Positions 57,208 to 64,000 of a stretch of DNA of 64,000 bases are shown here, in pieces. Within the stretch, counting starts at the first letter, position 1, and each line of letters begins with the position of its first letter. The notes below the pieces were generated by a model. The model did not search any database and had not been told where the DNA came from. It saw only the letters and a list, made by a program, of their open reading frames with translations. This DNA comes from the human T2T-CHM13v2.0 reference genome, Homo sapiens: NCBI RefSeq assembly GCF_009914755.1, contig NC_060934.1; one strand, given 5' to 3'. The position numbers and the translations under genes were made by a program.

Positions 57208-57955
57208 GGTATACAGATGGCCAACAAGTATATGAAAAAATGTTCAATATCACTAATCATCAGGGAAATGCAAATCAAAACCACAACAAGATATCATCTC
57301 ACCCCACTTAGAATGGCTATTTATCAAAAACACAAAATAAATGCTGGCAAGGATGTAGAGAAAAGGTGACTCACATGCACTGTTGGTGGAAATGTAAATT
57401 GGTACAGCCATTATGGAAAACATTATGTAGGTTCCTCAAAAGGCTAAAAATAGAACTACCATATGATCCAACAATCCCACTGCTGGGTATATACACAAAG
57501 GAAAGGAAATCAGTACGTTGAAGAGATATACACTCTCCTATGCTTATTGCAGCACTATTCACAATAGCCAAGATATGAAACCAAACTCAGTGTCCATTAA
57601 GGGATGAATGGATAAAGAAAATGTGGTATATTAGTGGTTACTAGAGGCGAGGAAGAGTAGGGGTGGGATAGAGAGAGGTTGGTTAACAGATACAAAAGTA
57701 TAGCTAGATAGGAGAAATAAGTTCTAGTGTGCTACTGCACTGTAGGGTGACTATAATTAACAACACTTTATTTTATATTTTCAAATAGCTAGAAGACAGG
57801 ATTTTGAATGTTTCCAACACAAAGAAATGATAAATGTTTGAGGTGGTGGAGAAATTAATTACACTGATTTGATCATTACACACTGTACACATGTATTGAA
57901 ACATCACTGTGTACCCCAGAAATATGTATCATTATTGTGTGTCAATTTAAAAAGT
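57208..57955 (+). mobile_element. L1MA-type 3' end with internal deletion
   Basis: ORF2 C-terminal (GAAATGCAAATCAAAACCACA) and L1MA 3' UTR motifs. Confidence 0.85.
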
Positions 57956-58080
57956 TTATATACAGAAGAAGAAAAAAGAATGAATTGAGCCTCCACTGCT
58001 GATAGGAGTTAAAATCAATCCAACCTGGATGGCAGTTTGCTAATACAGATGAAGATTCCAACAGTGCAATTTTATTCTTG

Positions 58081-58134
58081 GGAATTTACCTTGAGGAATT
58101 TACCTTGAGGAATTTACCTTGAGGAATTTACCTT
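58081..58134. repeat. Perfect 14-bp tandem repeat (GGAATTTACCTTGA) x3.9
   Basis: Three identical units plus a 12-nt partial unit. Confidence 0.95.
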
Positions 58135-58306
58135 TCATATTTCATATTTTGAAATATGAAAAAAGTTGTTGACCAAAATAATTACAGCATTATTAATGAA
58201 TCTAAAAATTAAGACATAATTTAAATGTTTAGTAACAGGGAAATAGCTATATAAATTAGGGTATATACACATAATACAATATTATGCAGCCATTAAAAAT
58301 TTAAGT

Positions 58307-58600
58307 TGGCCGGGCATGGTGGCTTACACCTGTAATCCCATAAATTTGGGAAGCCGAGGCAGGAGGATTGCTTGAGGTCAGGATTTCTTGAACCAGCCTG
58401 GTGAGTGAGACCCCGTCTCTACAAAAAAATTAAAAAATTAGCCTGGCATGGTGGTGTGCACCTATAGTCCCAACCACTCAGGAGGCTGAGGTGGGAGGAT
58501 CACTTAAGCCTAGGATTTTGAGGCTTCAGTGAGCTATGGTCACCACTGCACTCCAGCCTGGGTGACAGAGAAGACCCTGTCTGGAAAAAAAAAAAAACAA
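58307..58600 (+). mobile_element. AluJ-like SINE
   Basis: Dimer with A tail; TTTAAGTT flanks. Confidence 0.88.
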
Positions 58601-59379
58601 CTTTAAGTTATAATTTAAAATAGGAACCCATGTATCTGCTTTATAATTTAAATTATGCAAAAAATATGCTTAGAAAACTCTAATGAAATTTACTAAAATG
58701 TTAAATGTTAGTCTTTGGGTGGTTGGGATTATGAGAAATTTAGTATCTTTTTCTTCTAATTTTTATAGTGAGTATACATTTTTAAAAATTAAAGATATAT
58801 TTATCTAAAAACAGTAGATTAAGGACTTTACATGTATATATTATATATATGATTAATTGCATTTCAACGTACGTACATGATTAATATAACTATGTGTGAA
58901 AAAAATGGGTTAATTTTCTGAACCACTAGTGAATTAGTGAGAGGTTGACTTGGAGCTCAGTATATATAATCGCTAAAGTCAGTACCAGGAGTCAATAAAA
59001 TGCTTCAAGGGGTCCTGTTGGAAGTATTTTAAATAATTAGAGGTTCATTTTAAGTAGCGCAAGTTTCACATAAGCAATAACAGATTCAATAAAGCCCTAA
59101 GAATTTTCTCCTTTGCTAAGAATGGTAAACTCCTGCAAATTCCACTTATGTTGTTACTTTGCTTGACAAAATATACCCTCACAGAAAACTCTCAGGTCAG
59201 TTTCAGACTGGACCAGATTGGCTCCAATTGGATAATTAAAACTTAGTAAGGTTTTATTATTCATATACAGTATTTTTGTTTAAAGCTTGCTTACTAAACT
59301 TGAATCTTTTCTTAGGGTAGCTATAGGGGGCCCAACTCTATAATCTGTACACCTAATTTAAATTTTGTTAGTTATGTTT

Positions 59380-59824
59380 GTATATTAGTCTATTTTCTGT
59401 CGCTTATAACAGGATATCTGAAACTGGGTAATTTATAAAGAAAAGGAATTTATTTCTGACAGTTATGAAGGCTGAAAAGTTCAAGTTCAAGTGGCCACAT
59501 CTGGTGAGAGTTTTCTTGCTGATGAGGGCTCTCTGAAGAGTCCCGAGGTGATGTAGGGCATCACATGGCAAGGGGGCTAAACATGCCAGCTCATGTCTCT
59601 CTTCCTCATCTTATAAAGCCACCAGTCCCAATCCCATGATAACCCATTAATCCATTAATTCCTTAACCCATTAATCCATTAATCCATCCATGGATTAATC
59701 CATTCATCAGGGCAGAGCCTTCATTATGCAATTATTTCTTAAAGGTGCCTCTTCTTGATACTGCCACATTGGGGATTAAGTTTCAACATGAATTTTGGAG
59801 GGTACAAACATTAAAACCATAGCA
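59380..59824 (-). mobile_element. MaLR solo LTR (MSTB/MSTC-like)
   Basis: GAAACTGGGTAATTTATAAAGAAAAG...GGGGATTAAGTTTCAACATGAATTTTGGAGGG...AAACCATAGCA. Confidence 0.82.
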
Positions 59825-60424
59825 GTTTAGTATCATTTGCTAATGGCTTTGTGAGTAAGTGAGATCTTACCTCTTTTTGTTTCTCTGGAAGGCCAGGGTT
59901 TGATAGACACTTGTTGAACTAATTTTAACCATGGGCCCAATGCAAGGGCTGTACTCTGGGGATTTATTGTAAATTATTAAAAAAAAAAAAAAAAGGATAA
60001 GGAACATGCTCCAACACACAGCTTTTCTATAACAGGGGAGAGGTAACAGTTTAGGGATATTTATTGTACCTATGCTATTTATCATGTGCTGTCCAGGTGC
60101 TAGGGATGCAAAGATGAATAGGACATGGTTCTTGCCCATGCTGCCTTAAGCAAGTAGCATAATTTAGTTAAGTGGACTGAATATGACACAATAGGGCATA
60201 GTGAAGACTATGGCAAGCAGGAGAGGGCTTTCCAGATTTAAAGGCTTTGTTCAAATCTTATCACTGGGTCCTCTAACTTTCGAGACACGCTAAAAAATGA
60301 ATTTTTACATTAACTCTCCTGATTTTAAAATGCTGTTGACTAATTTAAAGTTTTAAAAAATACCATGACTTTGGATTAAAAAAAAATTTCATTAGGCTAC
60401 ATTGCAACTCTGGGTCACTGAATA

Positions 60425-61690
60425 GCCAAGGCAAAAAGAACAAAGCTGGAGTCATCACGTTATCTAACTTCAAACTGTAACACAAGAGTATGGCAATCAA
60501 AACAGCATGGTGCTGGTATAAAAAAAGACATATAGAACAATGGAACAGAATAGAAAGCCCAGATATAATGTCGCACATCTACAACCATCTGACCTTTGAC
60601 AAAGTCGACAAAAACAAGCAACGGGAAAAAGATTCTCTATTCAATAAATGGTGCTTGGGTAACTGACTAGCCATATGCTGAAGACTGAAACTGGACCCTT
60701 CCCTTACACCATATACAAAAATCAACTCGAGATGGATTAAAGGCTTAAACCATAAAACTGTAAAAACCCGAGACGATAACCTAGGGAATGCCATTCTGGA
60801 CACAGGCCTTGGCAAAGATTTCACGACAAAATGCCAAAAGCAATTGCAACAAAAACAAAAATTGACAAATAGGACCTAATTAAACTAAAGAGCTTCTGCA
60901 CCGGAAAAGAAACTATCAACAGAGCAAACAGCCTACAGAATGGGAGGAAATACTTGCCAACTATGCATCCGACAAAGGTCAGTCTAATATCCAGATTCTA
61001 TAAGGAACTCAAACGAATATATAAGCAAAAAACAACCCCATTAAAAAGTGGGCAAAGGACATGAACAGACACTTTTCAAAAGAAGACATACATGCTGCCA
61101 ACAAGCATATGAAAAAATGGTCAACATCACTAACCATTAGAGAAAGGCAAATCAAAATCAAAATGAGATACTTCTCACACCAGTCAGAATGGCTATTATT
61201 AAAAAGTAAAAAATAACAGGTGCTGGCAAGGTTGTGGAGAAAAGGGAATACGCATACATTTCTAGTGGGAATGTAAATTAGTTCAGCCATTGTGGAAAGC
61301 CATATGGCGATTTGTCAAAGAACTTAAAACAGAATTACCATTCGACCCAGCAATCCCATTATTGGGTATATACCCAAAGGAATATAAATCTTTCTACCAT
61401 AAAGACACATGCGCCTGTACAGAAAACCAAATACTGCATGTTCTGACTCATAAGTGGGAGCTAAACATTGAGAACATGTAGACACAAAGAAGAGAACAAC
61501 AGACACTGAAGCTTACTAGAGGGTGGAGGATAGGAGAAGGAAGGGAATTAAAAAACTACCTATCAGGTGCTATGCTGATTACCTGGTTGACAAAAAATAA
61601 TCTGTACACCAAACCCCCATGACATGCTACTTACCTATATAACAAACCTGCACATGTATCCCTGAACCTAAAATAAAAGTTAAAAATTAA
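60425..61690 (+). mobile_element. Older L1PA/L1PB 3' portion with internal deletion
   Basis: ORF2 C-terminal remnants ([31 protein letters not shown]) and 3' end AACAAACCTGCACATGTATCCCTGAACCTAAAATAAAAGTT. Confidence 0.9.
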
Positions 61691-61984
61691 AGAACTGTGG
61701 GCCACATTAGTGCAACTTCTGTCTTTGGGAAACTGTCTTGTTGAATGACAAAGCACTGATAATCTGTCTAATTGTAAACCAATATAATAATACCTAGCTC
61801 ACAGGTTTATTAACTATATTAAGATATTGGGTGTAAAGTATTTGACAAAATGATTGCTGTTAGTAATTATAAATTGGTGATAAAATTCATGTGTCAAGGA
61901 TAGAAGGAATCAGATGATGGAGTTACAGATGTTCAGGGAGAAATCAGAGAAAGTTCCCCAAAAGTGGTGATATCTGAGCACTGT

Positions 61985-62520
61985 TTTTTGTAACAGCTTT
62001 ACTGAGAGATAATTAATATATCATACAATTCACTCATTAAAGTGTACAATTCAATAGCTTTATTATATTCATACAACTGTGCAAACATAACCACAAATAA
62101 TTCTCAAACATTTTCATCACCCTGAAAAGTAACCTCGTACACATTAGCAGTCACCTTCCATTTCCCCCAATCCTTCTAGCCCCAGTCAACCACAAATCTA
62201 CTTTCTGTTTGGACACTTAATGCAAATGAAATCATACAATATATGGTCCTTCGTGACTGGCTTCTCTTACTTAGCATAATGTTTTCAAGAGTCGTCCATG
62301 TAGTATGTATCAGTATTTCATTCCTTTACATTGCCAAATAGTATCCTATTACGCGAGTATACTACATTTTATTGATCTGTTTATTAGCTGTTGACCAACT
62401 GGGTTGCTTGCACATTTTGCCATTTATGAATAATGCTGCTATGAACATTCATGTACAAATTTTTGTGTGGATATTTTCATTTCTCTTGGGTATGTACCTA
62501 GGAGTGGGAATGCTGGGCTA
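61985..62520 (-). mobile_element. L1MB-type 3' end
   Basis: AACAGCTTTACTGAGA...AAGTGTACAATTCAA...AATAATGCTGCTATGAACATTCATGTACAA. Confidence 0.8.
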
Positions 62521-64000
62521 AGCATTGTTTTGAATAATAAATAGGAGTTTTTAAGCTGAAGAGGCAGGGAAAGTCAGAGTAGGGAGAAAAGAGGGGTTAG
62601 AATTGGGAGGATGTTTTGTATTTTTAGTAAAACCATGAGGTCTAAAATATAAAGGCATATGCAGGAAACTCATAGTGGTTCTGTATGGAGAAAGTGGTGA
62701 GAAATAAAGCTAACAAAGAAAGCAGAGTTCAGGCCATGGAGGAGCTTCTTGGCCTATCCTTTCTTTGGAAGGTACTCGGAGCCATTGAATGCTTTCAAGA
62801 AAGGCAGGGCAAGATCACTCCGGAAATCATGTAGAGGGTGGGTTTGGTTCCACAGCCGGGATTCTTCCTGGCAGGCATCTTTGGTCAACGTCTTGCTACC
62901 CTCAGAGAATTTTACTCTTCAGAGCGCTCCACCTTAAATATTTGGACTGGCTGCTTGTAATCAAAATAGTGTAATACAGATTTATGATATGTGATGTATT
63001 TATAACATGGGCAAGGGAGTTTTAAGTTAAACCATTTTGTTTTCTAAAAAGATATTGCAAAATTGAGCAAGTTTTATTTATGTTGGTACAAAAATGTGTT
63101 TAAATTAAGTTTTTGAAAATGAGTGTGCCAATTGCTTAGATTCTTTTTTATTTTTACTTTTTGCAGTAAGAAATATTCATTTCAACCAATAAAAAGTCTA
63201 CCAGAATGGTAATTGAAATGGAGAAGATGACTCATGATTTGAACCTGAGTTTTCTGAAATTAAAATTCCTTCTGCATTGGCAGCTCTTACAACAGAATAT
63301 TCTGAAGGTACTCCTTGTTTATTCTTGGTTGAAGGACAAGAACCTGAATTGAGAAGCTGTCATCTGGAATGAATAGTTTTTGTGTCCCTATGGTATAAGA
63401 ACTGTTAGATACTATTAAGAATGTTGTGTATTTCCTCTCTCAAAGCTGCAAATATTGGCTATGACTCTCTTCTGAGTTTTATTTAATATGTTTTCCAGTC
63501 TTTTTCAGTTATGGGCCTTCAAAAATAATATTTCTCCGTGCTGATTCCAAATTGAATTTGTCTTACTATTAAAACAGCTTGTAGTTGCTTTTTAATTTCC
63601 TAACTCACTTGGTAAACATCAGAAGTGGAGCAGTATGAAACGATTTGGAAAAGTTGTATAAAGCCTTCTATTTTCTAGCATTTAGTTTATTGGACTTGCT
63701 TCCTTCCTTTTGAAATGAAATAGAAGTTGGGAAAGTTTAAAACGCTATCAACATACATCCGGTCCAGAAATATGTATTGATTTGTGTGTATCAGATACCA
63801 CAGGGGTATCAGTATACTATGATATAGTGTCAGATACTATGGGAGGCATGGGGGTCAAGATGACAAAGATAAAGGCCCATTTAACAGAGTTTACAACCTG
63901 CTGGAGGAGATGAGAAACATGCACAAATGACTGCTGTGAGACAGTAAGGCAAAGTCTGGGAGTGGCACAGTTGCAGCGCATAGGGATGTAGCAGTGACAG

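Noticed and set aside
58081-58134. Direct repeats considered as CRISPR-like
   Set aside because: No spacers, 14-bp unit, mammalian context; it is a minisatellite.
60345-61506. ORFs with L1 ORF2-like or antisense L1 peptides
   Set aside because: Fragments of a truncated, internally deleted L1; not an active element or host gene.

Overview
Primate (human-like) genomic DNA carrying one complete protein-coding gene, CDK1 (CDC2), on the + strand. It has a CpG-island promoter with E2F/CCAAT/CDE-CHR elements near 7.0-7.2 kb, a non-coding exon 1 and seven coding exons (8904-22713). These splice to an intact 297-aa kinase with GEGTYG, K33, PSTAIRE, HRD, DFG and T161, followed by proximal and distal poly(A) signals. 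The rest (1-6.9 kb and about 23.6-64 kb) is intergenic and dominated by old transposable elements: Alu/FLAM, L1, MIR, MaLR and ERV LTRs, and hAT and Tigger DNA transposons. Subfamily names are recalled from consensus sequences, not from a RepeatMasker run. I see no new gene system. The most interesting signals are in CDK1 RNA processing. (1) The T-loop exon ends in a non-canonical GC donor. (2) The only two intronic Alus I found are inverted and bracket exons 3-5; the predicted 452-nt circRNA would carry an ORF occupying 450 of its 452 nt. (3) Introns 4-6 each offer an early in-frame stop plus a poly(A) signal. A possible antisense 3'-UTR-like fragment near 31.3-31.5 kb and a tightly spaced inverted Alu pair near 42.6 kb also deserve checking.
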